This document shows, piece after piece, positions 10,463 through 19,719 of a DNA stretch of 64,000 bases. The stretch comes from Ferruginibacter sp. GTDB taxonomy: Bacteria > Bacteroidota > Bacteroidia > Chitinophagales > Chitinophagaceae. The DNA lies in assembly GCA_046329655.1 (NCBI GenBank), contig JAXLUD010000007.1, forward strand, positions 52,282 to 116,281, read 5' to 3'. The notes beneath the pieces were generated by a model. That model saw only the letters and a list, made by a program, of their open reading frames with translations. It made no database searches and was not told the origin of the DNA. Made by a program: the position numbers and the translations under genes. Within the stretch, counting starts at the first letter, position 1; the number at the start of each line of letters is the position of its first letter.

Positions 10463-10535
10463 GATTTGGTAGCTCAGTTGGTAGAGCAATACACTTTTAA
10501 TGTATGGGTCCTGGGTTCGAGTCCCAGCCAGATCA
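10463..10535 (+). tRNA. tRNA-Lys (anticodon TTT)
   Basis: Hand-folded cloverleaf: acceptor gatttgg/ccagatc (one G-U), D-arm agctcagttggtagagc, anticodon stem ataca/tgtat with loop CTTTTAA, T-arm ctggg-ttcgagt-cccag. No encoded CCA. Confidence 0.95.
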
Positions 10536-10539
10536 CAAA

Positions 10540-10565
10540 CCCTCCGCAAAGCGGGGGGTTTTTTA
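10540..10565 (+). terminator. intrinsic terminator after tRNA-Lys
   Basis: ccctccgc-aaa-gcgggggg stem followed by T6. Confidence 0.8.
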
Positions 10566-10624
10566 TTTTAAAAAAAATATCTTTTGCAGTCATAATCAAT
10601 ATATTTTTGTCAATAATATCATTT

Positions 10625-11434
10625 ATGAGCAATTTTTTTAAAAATAAAGTGGTGGCTGTAACGGGTGGCAGCGAGGGCATTGGCCGGGGCCTGGTGGAAT
10701 TATTACTGCAAATGGATGCAAAAGTGGCAACCTGTGGCCGAAACCAGGATAAATTATACGACCTGCAGGTTTCCAACCCAAGTAAATTACTGCATACCAT
10801 GGTGGCAGATGTAAGCAACTATAATGACTGCCGTAATTTTATCAGCAGTACAATCAAAACTTTTGGTGGCATTGATATCCTGATCAACAATGCGGGTATT
10901 TCCATGCGGGCACTGGTTAAGGATGCAGAACTGGATGTATTTAAAAAAGTGATGGACATCAATTACTATGGCACCGTATACTGTACCAAACTGGCCTTGC
11001 CATCTATTATTGAAAGAAAAGGTACCGTGGTGGCCGTATCGTCGATTGCCGGTTACCGGGGACTGCCCGGCAGAAGCGGTTACTCGGCCAGCAAATATGC
11101 AGTTAACGGATGGATGGAAGCCCTCCGTACAGAACTGATCCATGATGGCGTGAATGTAATGTGGGTATGCCCCGGCTTTACTGCTTCCAATATCCGTAAT
11201 GTGGCGCTCAACAGTAAGGGCGAACGCCAGGGTGAAAGTCCCATGGATGAAGCCGCGATGATGAGTGCAAAAGAGTGTGCCTCCCATATTTTAAAGGCGG
11301 TTGAAAAAGGCAAACGTACACTGGTGCTTACCTATACCGGGAAGAGAACGGTGTTTATGAATAAATTTTTCCCGGGATGGGCAGATAAACTTGCACATAA
11401 ATACTTCTTTAAAAACGGTGAGCTTGTACGATAG
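10625..11434 (+). CDS. SDR family oxidoreductase
   Basis: TGGSEGIGRG Rossmann motif, NNAG and the YSASK catalytic motif. The 5' part of the track ORF (10466-10624) overlaps the tRNA and is not coding; start at ATG 10625. Confidence 0.85.
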   Translation: MSNFFKNKVVAVTGGSEGIGRGLVELLLQMDAKVATCGRNQDKLYDLQVSNPSKLLHTMVADVSNYNDCRNFISSTIKTFGGIDILINNAGISMRALVKDAELDVFKKVMDINYYGTVYCTKLALPSIIERKGTVVAVSSIAGYRGLPGRSGYSASKYAVNGWMEALRTELIHDGVNVMWVCPGFTASNIRNVALNSKGERQGESPMDEAAMMSAKECASHILKAVEKGKRTLVLTYTGKRTVFMNKFFPGWADKLAHKYFFKNGELVR

Positions 11435-11512
11435 CAATTTATTGATGCAAAAAATACCGGTTCAGCCTGCTGCCGTCCAGTAAACTTCAGCAATCAACCA
11501 CTCAACTACACC

Positions 11513-12337
11513 ATGCCTTTACTAACCCTTACATCTGATATTGGCCACCAGGATTTTTTAGTGGGTGCCGTGAAGGGTCAGCTGTTACAGGTTAACGGGC
11601 AGTTTAATATTGTGGACATCACCCACAAACTCTCTCCCTTTAATTACCCGCAGGCAGCCTATGTTTGCCGCAATGCCATCAAAAATTTTTCGCCGGGCAC
11701 TTTTCACCTCGTGCTGGTGAACCTCTTTGATGAAAAGCCCGAACACATGCTGCTGGCCGAACATAACGGTCATTATATTGGTTGTGCCGATAATGGCCTT
11801 ATCACCATGATACTGGAAGAAGTACCGCAAAAAGTGGTGGCATTACCGCTGGAAAAAACCCAGCAAAAAAACACCCTGTACTGCACCACCGTTTTTGCCA
11901 GGGCATTCGCTGAAATCCAGCATGGTAAAAAAACTGAAGAAGTGGGTGATGCATCCGTATCAATCCATGTAAAAAATCCGTTAAAGCCCTTGTTGGGTAA
12001 TAACTGGATCGAGGGCCAGATCATTTTTATAGATAATTTTGAGAACGTAATCGTGAACATCACCCGGGAGGAATTTGAAGAACAAAGACGCGGCCGCAGT
12101 TTTAAAATTGTTTTTAAACGGGATGAAGTGATTGACCGCATCAGCGAAAGCTATGCAGATGTGAGTGAAGGGGAAAAACTGGCCCTGTTCAATGCGGCCG
12201 GTTACCTCGAAATTGCCATTAATAAAGGCAATGCTGCCGGCCTGCTGGGATTGCAGGGCTATTCTGAAAAACAACAGCAAAACCAGTATATTAACAGCCG
12301 GATGTTTTACCAAACCGTAAGGGTTTACTTTGAATAA
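11513..12337 (+). CDS. SAM hydrolase / SAM-dependent halogenase family protein (DUF62)
   Basis: N-terminal LTLTSDIGHQDFLVGAVKG signature of the S-adenosyl-L-methionine hydroxide adenosyltransferase family; 274 aa. Confidence 0.75.
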   Translation: MPLLTLTSDIGHQDFLVGAVKGQLLQVNGQFNIVDITHKLSPFNYPQAAYVCRNAIKNFSPGTFHLVLVNLFDEKPEHMLLAEHNGHYIGCADNGLITMILEEVPQKVVALPLEKTQQKNTLYCTTVFARAFAEIQHGKKTEEVGDASVSIHVKNPLKPLLGNNWIEGQIIFIDNFENVIVNITREEFEEQRRGRSFKIVFKRDEVIDRISESYADVSEGEKLALFNAAGYLEIAINKGNAAGLLGLQGYSEKQQQNQYINSRMFYQTVRVYFE

Positions 12338-12372
12338 TTGCAGAAACCAATATAGCTTCTATTAACAGTGCT

Positions 12373-12954
12373 TTGAATTTTTTACGTAACATATCAACAA
12401 ACGACACTGATAAACAGCTTGTTGCCGCTTTTAAAGAAAGCGGCAAAATGGAATACCTCAGTACTTTATACCAGCGTTATATGGACCTGGTATTCGGTGT
12501 TTGCCTCAAATATTTCAAAGATGCGGAAAGAAGCAAGGATGCTGTAATGGATATTTTTGAAGAACTCAATACCAAGCTCCGCTTACACGAGGTGGATAAT
12601 TTTAAAGGATGGCTGCATGTGCTGGCCCGGAATTACTGCCTGATGCAGTTACGCAGTCCGCGTAATATGAAGACCACAGAATTTAACGCCAATTTTATGC
12701 AATCAGAAGAAAATACGCATCTGAATGGCGAAGCTGTGGAAAAAGAAATGAACTTTGTAAAAATGGAACAATGTTTGGAAACATTACCACGGGAACAAAA
12801 AGAAATCGTGCGTTTGTTTTACCTGGAAAACAAATGCTATAACGAAATAGCGGCGATCACAGGATTTGAATGGAATAAAGTAAGAAGTTATATACAAAAC
12901 GGGCGGAGGAATTTGAAGATTTGTATGGAAAACAGCCAGGAACAAATAAAATAA
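12373..12954 (+). CDS. RNA polymerase ECF-type sigma-70 factor
   Basis: 193 aa; region 2 (YQRYMDLVFGVCLKYF...DAVMDIF) and region 4 HTH (REIVRLFYLENKCYNEIAAITGFEWNKVRSYIQNGRRNL). TTG start. Confidence 0.8.
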   Translation: MNFLRNISTNDTDKQLVAAFKESGKMEYLSTLYQRYMDLVFGVCLKYFKDAERSKDAVMDIFEELNTKLRLHEVDNFKGWLHVLARNYCLMQLRSPRNMKTTEFNANFMQSEENTHLNGEAVEKEMNFVKMEQCLETLPREQKEIVRLFYLENKCYNEIAAITGFEWNKVRSYIQNGRRNLKICMENSQEQIK

Positions 12955-13011
12955 CCAGGATACTGAAGCGACATCAAAAACGTATTATACCGGTCATAGC
13001 CTTTAATATAG

Positions 13012-14388
13012 ATGGATAACAACGTACATAACGGGATTTATACTGCGGAAGATATCCAAAATTATCTTTCCGGCAGGCTCAGCCCCTTGCAGATGCATGC
13101 AATGGAAAAAGCCGCCCTGGAAGATCCGTTCCTGGCGGAGGCCATGGAAGGTTATGACATGACAGAAGAAAAGGATTTGGAAAAACAACTCGCCGGTTTA
13201 AGAGAAACATTTGCCCAAAAACAACAGGGCGCAAAAATCATCCCCCTCACCAAAAAGAAAAATAACTGGTGGAAGGCTGCAGCCGCAGTATTTATTCTCG
13301 GGGGCACTGCAACATTGGCTTATTTTTTATTGAATGATAAGAAACCCGGAACCGAGATCGCTCAAAGCACAGTGACAAAGCCCGTTACTGCTGCTGCAGA
13401 TTCTGTTACAGTAAATCCTGCAGCGGATATGGATGCGCTGGCAAAAACAGCCACGGTTCCTGCTGCACCTGTGAAAGAGAACAAAACAATCATAAAAGAT
13501 ATTACGAGGAACCCGCAGGAACAGCAGGCCTCCGGGGATTTTGTTTATAAACCTGCCCCACAGGCTACTGCTCCCGTGCACGCAGTAGCTGAAAGCAAGG
13601 TTGCTGATGATGAAGTAGCAAAAAATACTACTCCCCCAGCAGCCCCAATCACCGTTAACACGCAGCCTCAGGAAGCTGTAACATCCAATAACGCACCAGG
13701 AGGATATAACAGGAACAATGCGGCGGAATATGATTTTGCAAAGAAGAAAGCGGAAGTGAGCCAAACAGCAGGCCGGAGTTCGGGGATACTGAACAAAACT
13801 TTTTATGCCCAGGTAATGAGTCCGGATAATTCGCCGCTGCCATTTGCCAATATCAGCAATAAAGCGGAGAATTTTGGCACTTACGCGGACGTGAAAGGTA
13901 ATTTCAGGCTGTTATCAAACGACTCGGTGCTTACGGTGGAGATCAGGTCTGCCGGTTTCAGGCCGCAGGTGGTAACGCTCCGGAGCAATGTGCAGCAAAA
14001 CAGGATCATCCTTACTGAAGAAGTTGCCAGCTCAGCACAAACAACCGTGATCAGCGGTAATGGCGATACAAAAAACAGGGTTTCCCGCCGTGCCGTACTG
14101 GTTAAAGACTCTGTATTAAACGTGGAACCTGCCGATGGCTGGGATAATTATATCACCTATGCCACCAACAATATTGATATCCCCGATGATATCCTGAAAA
14201 GCAATATCCACGGCCAGGTGGAAATATCGTTTGAAGTAAATGCAAACGGCGCCATCACCAATATCAAGGTTGACAAATCCCTCTGTGATAACTGCGATGA
14301 AGCGGCCATACGCATGCTGCAACAGGGCCCGCAATGGAAAATAAAAAAAGGAAAAAAAGGCAAGGGAAAAATCAGGGTGCAGTTTTAA
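13012..14388 (+). CDS. membrane-anchored putative anti-sigma factor with carboxypeptidase-regulatory-like and TonB C-terminal-like domains
   Basis: Immediately downstream of the ECF sigma gene. Single TM (WWKAAAAVFILGGTATLAYFLL), Pro/Ala/Thr linker, C-terminal GQVEISFEVNANGAITNIKV TonB-C-like segment. Confidence 0.6.
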   Translation: MDNNVHNGIYTAEDIQNYLSGRLSPLQMHAMEKAALEDPFLAEAMEGYDMTEEKDLEKQLAGLRETFAQKQQGAKIIPLTKKKNNWWKAAAAVFILGGTATLAYFLLNDKKPGTEIAQSTVTKPVTAAADSVTVNPAADMDALAKTATVPAAPVKENKTIIKDITRNPQEQQASGDFVYKPAPQATAPVHAVAESKVADDEVAKNTTPPAAPITVNTQPQEAVTSNNAPGGYNRNNAAEYDFAKKKAEVSQTAGRSSGILNKTFYAQVMSPDNSPLPFANISNKAENFGTYADVKGNFRLLSNDSVLTVEIRSAGFRPQVVTLRSNVQQNRIILTEEVASSAQTTVISGNGDTKNRVSRRAVLVKDSVLNVEPADGWDNYITYATNNIDIPDDILKSNIHGQVEISFEVNANGAITNIKVDKSLCDNCDEAAIRMLQQGPQWKIKKGKKGKGKIRVQF

Positions 14389-14458
14389 ACAGCCACTGGT
14401 TATTTTATTCAAATCTTTTGCATCACTTCACTTAGTTTTGCCTTCTAAAAATTTATTT

Positions 14459-15289
14459 ATGAAAAGATTGACGTTTGCATTGTTTGCCGCATCATGCCTT
14501 GCCGTTTCTGCTTCTGCACAGGTTAAAATGCCACAGCCTTCCTCCACACAAACCATTAAACAGGATTTTGGAATGGGAACCATAGAACTCACTTACAGCC
14601 GACCCAACGCCAAGGGCCGCAAAATCTTTGGCGACCTGGTGCCCTATAATAAATTATGGAGAACCGGCGCCAACGGGGCAACCAAATTAAAATTCACGGA
14701 TGCCGTGGAAATGGGTGGTAAAAAAATTGACACAGGCACGTATGTTTTATACACTATTCCGGGTGTCGACAGCTGGGAAATCATTTTGAACAAAGGCATT
14801 AACAACTGGGGTATCGATGGTTACAAGGAATCTGAAGATGTGGTACGTTTCCGTGCTGCTCCCATGAAATCAAAAGCAAAACTTGAGACATTCACCATGC
14901 AGATTGCCGATATTAAACCTGAAAGCTGCGAGCTGCAGCTGAGCTGGGAAAAGACAACTGTTTCCATTCCTGTTACCACCAATATTAAAGACCGTTTAAA
15001 GGCACAGATCGAAGCGGCGATGCAAACAGATAAAAAACCTTATTGGCAGGCGGCGCAATACTATAACGAATACGAAGGCAATTTCAATAAAGCGCTTGAC
15101 AACTGTTCAAAAGCAATTGATGGCAATAACAAAGCTTACTGGATGTGGCTGTACAAGGCAAAAATCCAGAAAGTAATGGGTGATAAAGCCGGCGCTAAAG
15201 AAAGTGCCAAACGTTCTCTCGAATTGGCCAAAGAAGCAAAGAATGATGATTATGTGAAGATGAATGAAGAATTACTGAAGAAGCTGTAA
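14459..15289 (+). CDS. DUF2911 domain-containing secreted protein with C-terminal TPR-like helices
   Basis: Signal peptide MKRLTFALFAASCLAVSASAQ (ATG 14459). YSRPNAKGRKIFGDLVPYNKLWRTGAN matches the DUF2911 family as I recall it. Confidence 0.7.
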   Translation: MKRLTFALFAASCLAVSASAQVKMPQPSSTQTIKQDFGMGTIELTYSRPNAKGRKIFGDLVPYNKLWRTGANGATKLKFTDAVEMGGKKIDTGTYVLYTIPGVDSWEIILNKGINNWGIDGYKESEDVVRFRAAPMKSKAKLETFTMQIADIKPESCELQLSWEKTTVSIPVTTNIKDRLKAQIEAAMQTDKKPYWQAAQYYNEYEGNFNKALDNCSKAIDGNNKAYWMWLYKAKIQKVMGDKAGAKESAKRSLELAKEAKNDDYVKMNEELLKKL

Positions 15290-15343
15290 GTATTGAGTTG
15301 TAAGTACTAAGTTATAAGTATTAAGTTATAAAGCATATAGTTG
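15287..15343. repeat. heptanucleotide-period array (TAAGTWN x8)
   Basis: TAAGTAT|TGAGTTG|TAAGTAC|TAAGTTA|TAAGTAT|TAAGTTA|TAAAGCA|TATAGTT, starting at the stop codon of the DUF2911 gene. Confidence 0.8.
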
Positions 15344-15371
15344 AAAAGCGCCGTAGATTACGGCGCTTTTT
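15344..15371. terminator. bidirectional intrinsic terminator
   Basis: 12-bp stem aaaagcgccgta/tacggcgctttt with loop gat and a T-run after it. It overlaps the last codons of the convergent symporter gene. Confidence 0.8.
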
Positions 15372-16983
15372 GCTTTTGTAATAATTGTATGGCAGCAGCC
15401 AGCAACAACACCAGCAGGGCCCCGATCACATTCAGCCATAAAAAAGAAATCACATCCATTTTATAAATTACGATGACGAGTAACTGGGAAAAAAGCGCAC
15501 TGTAAAAAACGGCACTGCCCCGGATCTTTTTCAGCCAGAATGCCACCAGGAACACCCCCAGTATCACCCCGTAAAAAATGGAGCCCAGTATATTCACTGT
15601 TTCAATCAGGCTGTTGCCGATATTATAGGCAAACATGGATATCACGATACAGAACAAGCCCCAGCCCAGCGTATACCATTGTGACACTTTGTAATCATCT
15701 GTATCCGTTTCATTTTTCACAAAAAACTTTTTATGAAAATCCACCACCGAGCAGGCCGCCAGTGAATTGAGCGCCGCCGCAATACTGCCCCAGGCCGCCA
15801 GGAAAATCAATGCGAAAACCAAACCCGTAAGACCGGCAGGCAAATGTTTTTTTACAAAGGAGAGAAATATATAGTCGGTGTCTTTTGTATTGTTATCCCC
15901 CGTGGCACGTTTCATCACTGCCAGGTAGGTTTTTCGTACAGATGCGGCTTCCTGCCTGTTGCCTGCGTCAAAGGCGGCATTGTATTGCGCCTCCAGCATA
16001 TTGAGCGAATCCTTCTTTATGGTTTGCTTTGCCTGGCGTACGGCCACTTCATCAAAATACACGGGACCTTTGTTGTACTGGTAAAAAGAAAAAATCAATA
16101 TGCCGATGAGCAAAATAAAAAACTGCATGGGCACTTTAACCAGCCCGTTGATGAGGAGCCCTTTTTTACTTTCTGTTTCATTCTTTGCCGTGAGGTAGCG
16201 GCCCACCTGGCTGTGATCGGTGCCAAAATAACTCAGCGCTAAAAAGAAACCGCCAATCAGTCCGCTCCAGATATTGTATTTATCTTTCCAGTCGAACCCT
16301 TTTTCAGTAAAGCCTGTTGTGATAATATTCATCTTGCCGCTTTGCCCGCTTACCTGCAATGCTTCTGTGAAGCCCACGCCTTCCGGTAATAATTTCACCG
16401 CCAGGTAACCGGTTAAAAAAAGCGCCACAAAAACGATCAGCATCTGAAGCTTTTGAGTATGCGCCACGGCCTTGGCGCCGCCGCTCATGGTGTAAATGAT
16501 CAGCAATCCTCCCATTACAAGATTCGTATAATACACATTCCATCCCATGAGTGAGCTTAACACGAGGGATGGCGCAAATATGCTTACACCGGTACTCAGT
16601 CCCCTGCTTACTAAAAACAAGCCGGATGTGAGTGTTCTTGTTTTTACGTCAAATCGCTGTTCTAAAAATTCGTAGGCTGTATATACTTTCAGTTTGCTGA
16701 AAACGGGCACAAAGAACATGGCAATCACGATCATCGCCAGGGGAAGTCCGAAATAATATTGCACAAAACGCATCCCGTCACTGTAAGCCTGCCCGGGGCC
16801 GGTTAAAAAAGTAACGGCGCTCGCCTGCGTACCCATAATGCTCAGCAATACGATATACCAGGGCATGCTCCTGTTACTGAGAAAATAGCCTTCCAGGTTT
16901 TTAGTGGTACGGCTTTTATAAATGCCGTAAGCAATGATGCAGGATAAAGCAGCAACCAGTATCGTCCAGTCAAGAGCGCTCAC
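15358..16983 (-). CDS. sodium:solute symporter (SSS) family transporter
   Basis: Polytopic, about 13 TM, with SSS-like N-terminal pattern. The ORF extends to 17055 (TTG), but the conserved part begins near GTG 16983 (SALDWTILV...). Start uncertain. Confidence 0.75.
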   Translation of the reverse strand: MSALDWTILVAALSCIIAYGIYKSRTTKNLEGYFLSNRSMPWYIVLLSIMGTQASAVTFLTGPGQAYSDGMRFVQYYFGLPLAMIVIAMFFVPVFSKLKVYTAYEFLEQRFDVKTRTLTSGLFLVSRGLSTGVSIFAPSLVLSSLMGWNVYYTNLVMGGLLIIYTMSGGAKAVAHTQKLQMLIVFVALFLTGYLAVKLLPEGVGFTEALQVSGQSGKMNIITTGFTEKGFDWKDKYNIWSGLIGGFFLALSYFGTDHSQVGRYLTAKNETESKKGLLINGLVKVPMQFFILLIGILIFSFYQYNKGPVYFDEVAVRQAKQTIKKDSLNMLEAQYNAAFDAGNRQEAASVRKTYLAVMKRATGDNNTKDTDYIFLSFVKKHLPAGLTGLVFALIFLAAWGSIAAALNSLAACSVVDFHKKFFVKNETDTDDYKVSQWYTLGWGLFCIVISMFAYNIGNSLIETVNILGSIFYGVILGVFLVAFWLKKIRGSAVFYSALFSQLLVIVIYKMDVISFLWLNVIGALLVLLLAAAIQLLQKQKAP

Positions 16984-17099
16984 GAGTAAGTCTTGGTGAT
17001 TAAATAAAAAATAAAAACCAGTACTGCCAGGAACAACAGTACACCAATATACCAACGGCGCCAGTATGATCGTTCGTTTTGCATTTTTCTAACAAAATT

Positions 17100-19691
17100 T
17101 TAATACCGTGCGCCTTTGCCATTGAACTTGCTGGGCACATTTATCTTTTGGTTTTTGCGGTCGTTTTGTTTGGGCGCATTTTCTGCCTGTCGTTTATTGG
17201 CGATGATATTGGCAAATAAACGGTATGCACCCGGCACTCCCGCAGGCAATTCCCTGAAGAATACAAGCCCGGTGTATACAAAACGGCCCTGGCCATAATC
17301 CGCAATAATAAGACTGCCGTCCTGTTCGCTTTCACCGGGATCTTTCATGCTGATGATTTTTTTGTATGCCGTGTCCGTGTTCTCTGCATTATAAATACTG
17401 CGTTCCTGTATCCATCCTTCAAAATCACGGGCAGATATTTTATTGGGATAATTAAGCACCCTGTGCTGTGGCAAGAGGAAATTCACTTTGGCCGTTTCAT
17501 CCGTAATGCGGTTGCGGCTGATATTAAAAGGATAGGGAGCGATCTTAGCCCTTACCGGCCCGATCTGGTTACTGGTATTGTACTGGCTTACGAGCACACC
17601 GCCTTCTTTCACATATTGCATCAGGGCATCGTAAACGTTATTCATCCATTCGTTGGTATTATAGGCACGCACACCGGCAACAATCACATCAAACTGTTTC
17701 AGGGTTGCAGCGGTGATATCGTTTTCTTTCAGGGTTACCACTTTGTAACCGAGTTGTGCCAGTGCATCTGGAATCTTATCTCCCGCCCCGGGAATATATC
17801 CTGCAACACTTCCTTCCGTTTGCAGGCTGTCCATCTGCGTTATTTTAAGGGAAGCACTTTTTTCATACACGATCAGCGGGATATGATCATAGGCGATGGT
17901 TTTCACTTCGTGCAGCAGCGAAGCATCTGTGATGGAGCGCACATTCCAGAAACTGGTATAATAATATTCGCCGCTCCTGCCGGGCAGCAATGAAATATTG
18001 GTTTTGTACACCTGGTTTTTATTCAGCACTGCAGAATCCCTTTTTGCAAACACCACATCCCGCCAAACCCCCACATTCACCGGGTTGTTTTCTTTAAAGG
18101 ATTTAACCACCAGCCCGATCTGCGGATTTTTTGTTACAGGACTGCGGAGCACCAGGACATCCTTTTCAGCTTTTACAGAAAGCGGCGGAATGACAGATAC
18201 CGGCTGGTATATCTCCCCCTTTACGGGATCCGTATATTTGTACCTTACCGGTTTTGTAAATGTAAATTCCTTTCCTTCGACCATCATGCTGAATGTTACA
18301 CTCAGCGGATCATTTTCTGCCTTGCCTATCAGCTGCTGGTCGGTTACATTGAAACTGCCATGATTCATTTCATTCTCGAGCCAGTAAGGCTGTGAAAGTT
18401 TTGCACTGTCAGCAATGAACCAACTGTAATTCTTAACAGCATTTTCATTTGGCTTCAGCTGATCAAAGATCACATAAGTGGTATCAATCTGTGCATCCGC
18501 ACTCATGATACTGGCCCTGCCACGGTTATTGACCGTGAGTGTTACCCTCAGTGTATCGCCCTGTACGGCGTATTGCGAACCGGCAACGGCTTCCATAAAA
18601 AGTCCGCTGCACATTTCAAGCAGTTTTTTTATCTCGCCCAGCTTCTGCTCTTTCCAGTAAGTATCGTCATAATGACTGTCTTCGGGAATACCCTCCTCGA
18701 TCATTTTATACAGGTTCACCAGCGCGGGCACTGATTTTTCAGGCGATAGGGGTGTATAATCAGCAATGATCCTGTCCACGCTGTTTTGCAACTGCTGCTG
18801 GAATTGCTGGCTGGCATGATGCGCTTTGAACCAGTTGAGTGGAACACCATCCATTAAGTCGGTAACAGGCGCCTCACCCCTGATCGTTTTAAAATATTCA
18901 AACAGTGAACCACGTTGTGCCGGTACGCCAAAACCCTGGCTCTTATGCTGGCTGCGGCTCAACGCAGCAATTTCCCCGTAGCTTTTTCCAATCAGGGCAT
19001 TGAACCCGCCGCAATCAACCTTAAACTGGTCTTCCCGCTGCGTATTGGTACTCCCGAAATTAAACGTGTTCCATAATAATCTTTTGGCCTTCCAGGTACT
19101 TACATATTTTAATTGCTCGGGAAATTTGGTGCTGTCTGCCGCCGCATCAAATGCTTCTCCGGCCAGTATGGCTGAAGCCGTGTGATGACCATGACCACCT
19201 TCACCAGTGGTGGGAAAGCGGGTAATAATCACATCAGGTTTGAATTTCCTTATTACCCACACCACATCGCTGAGAATTTTATTATGCCCCCAGATACGCA
19301 TGGCTTCTTCCGGACTTTTACTGAAGCCAAAATCAAAAGCCCGGCTGAAGAATTGTTCAGCGCCATCAATGCGTCTTGCAGCGAGGAGTTCCTGTGTGCG
19401 TATCAAACCAAGATCAACCCCCTGTTCATCACCGATCAGGTTTTGCCCGCCATCGCCACGGGTCAAGCTTAAATAACCCGTACGGTATAATTTTTCATTG
19501 GCGAGATAGGCCAGCAGCCGGGTGTTCTCATCATCAGGGTGTGCGGCAATGTATAATACCGATCCCAGCACATTCAGCTTTTTCAGCTGCAGCAGTATTT
19601 CTGAAGATGAATAAGTACGGGCTGTTTGCGCATGGGCAACGAGTAAAGCGCAATGCGTGATAAGCAGGAAGCAAATTGTTTTGAATCTCAT
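17100..19691 (-). CDS. PIG-L/LmbE family deacetylase fused to large C-terminal region
   Basis: Signal peptide, then AHPDDENTRLLAYL...LTRGDGGQN (LmbE zinc-deacetylase motif). The C-terminal segment LKQFDVIVAGVRAY...GGVLVSQYN looks like a class-I glutamine-amidotransferase-like fold. Confidence 0.75.
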   Translation of the reverse strand: MRFKTICFLLITHCALLVAHAQTARTYSSSEILLQLKKLNVLGSVLYIAAHPDDENTRLLAYLANEKLYRTGYLSLTRGDGGQNLIGDEQGVDLGLIRTQELLAARRIDGAEQFFSRAFDFGFSKSPEEAMRIWGHNKILSDVVWVIRKFKPDVIITRFPTTGEGGHGHHTASAILAGEAFDAAADSTKFPEQLKYVSTWKAKRLLWNTFNFGSTNTQREDQFKVDCGGFNALIGKSYGEIAALSRSQHKSQGFGVPAQRGSLFEYFKTIRGEAPVTDLMDGVPLNWFKAHHASQQFQQQLQNSVDRIIADYTPLSPEKSVPALVNLYKMIEEGIPEDSHYDDTYWKEQKLGEIKKLLEMCSGLFMEAVAGSQYAVQGDTLRVTLTVNNRGRASIMSADAQIDTTYVIFDQLKPNENAVKNYSWFIADSAKLSQPYWLENEMNHGSFNVTDQQLIGKAENDPLSVTFSMMVEGKEFTFTKPVRYKYTDPVKGEIYQPVSVIPPLSVKAEKDVLVLRSPVTKNPQIGLVVKSFKENNPVNVGVWRDVVFAKRDSAVLNKNQVYKTNISLLPGRSGEYYYTSFWNVRSITDASLLHEVKTIAYDHIPLIVYEKSASLKITQMDSLQTEGSVAGYIPGAGDKIPDALAQLGYKVVTLKENDITAATLKQFDVIVAGVRAYNTNEWMNNVYDALMQYVKEGGVLVSQYNTSNQIGPVRAKIAPYPFNISRNRITDETAKVNFLLPQHRVLNYPNKISARDFEGWIQERSIYNAENTDTAYKKIISMKDPGESEQDGSLIIADYGQGRFVYTGLVFFRELPAGVPGAYRLFANIIANKRQAENAPKQNDRKNQKINVPSKFNGKGARY

Positions 19692-19719
19692 CGTAAAGTC
19701 AATAGTTTTTGTCGTACAA

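Noticed and set aside
10466-10624. N-terminal 53 codons of the 322-aa ORF
   Set aside because: This segment overlaps tRNA-Lys and its terminator. The SDR domain starts at the internal ATG at 10625.
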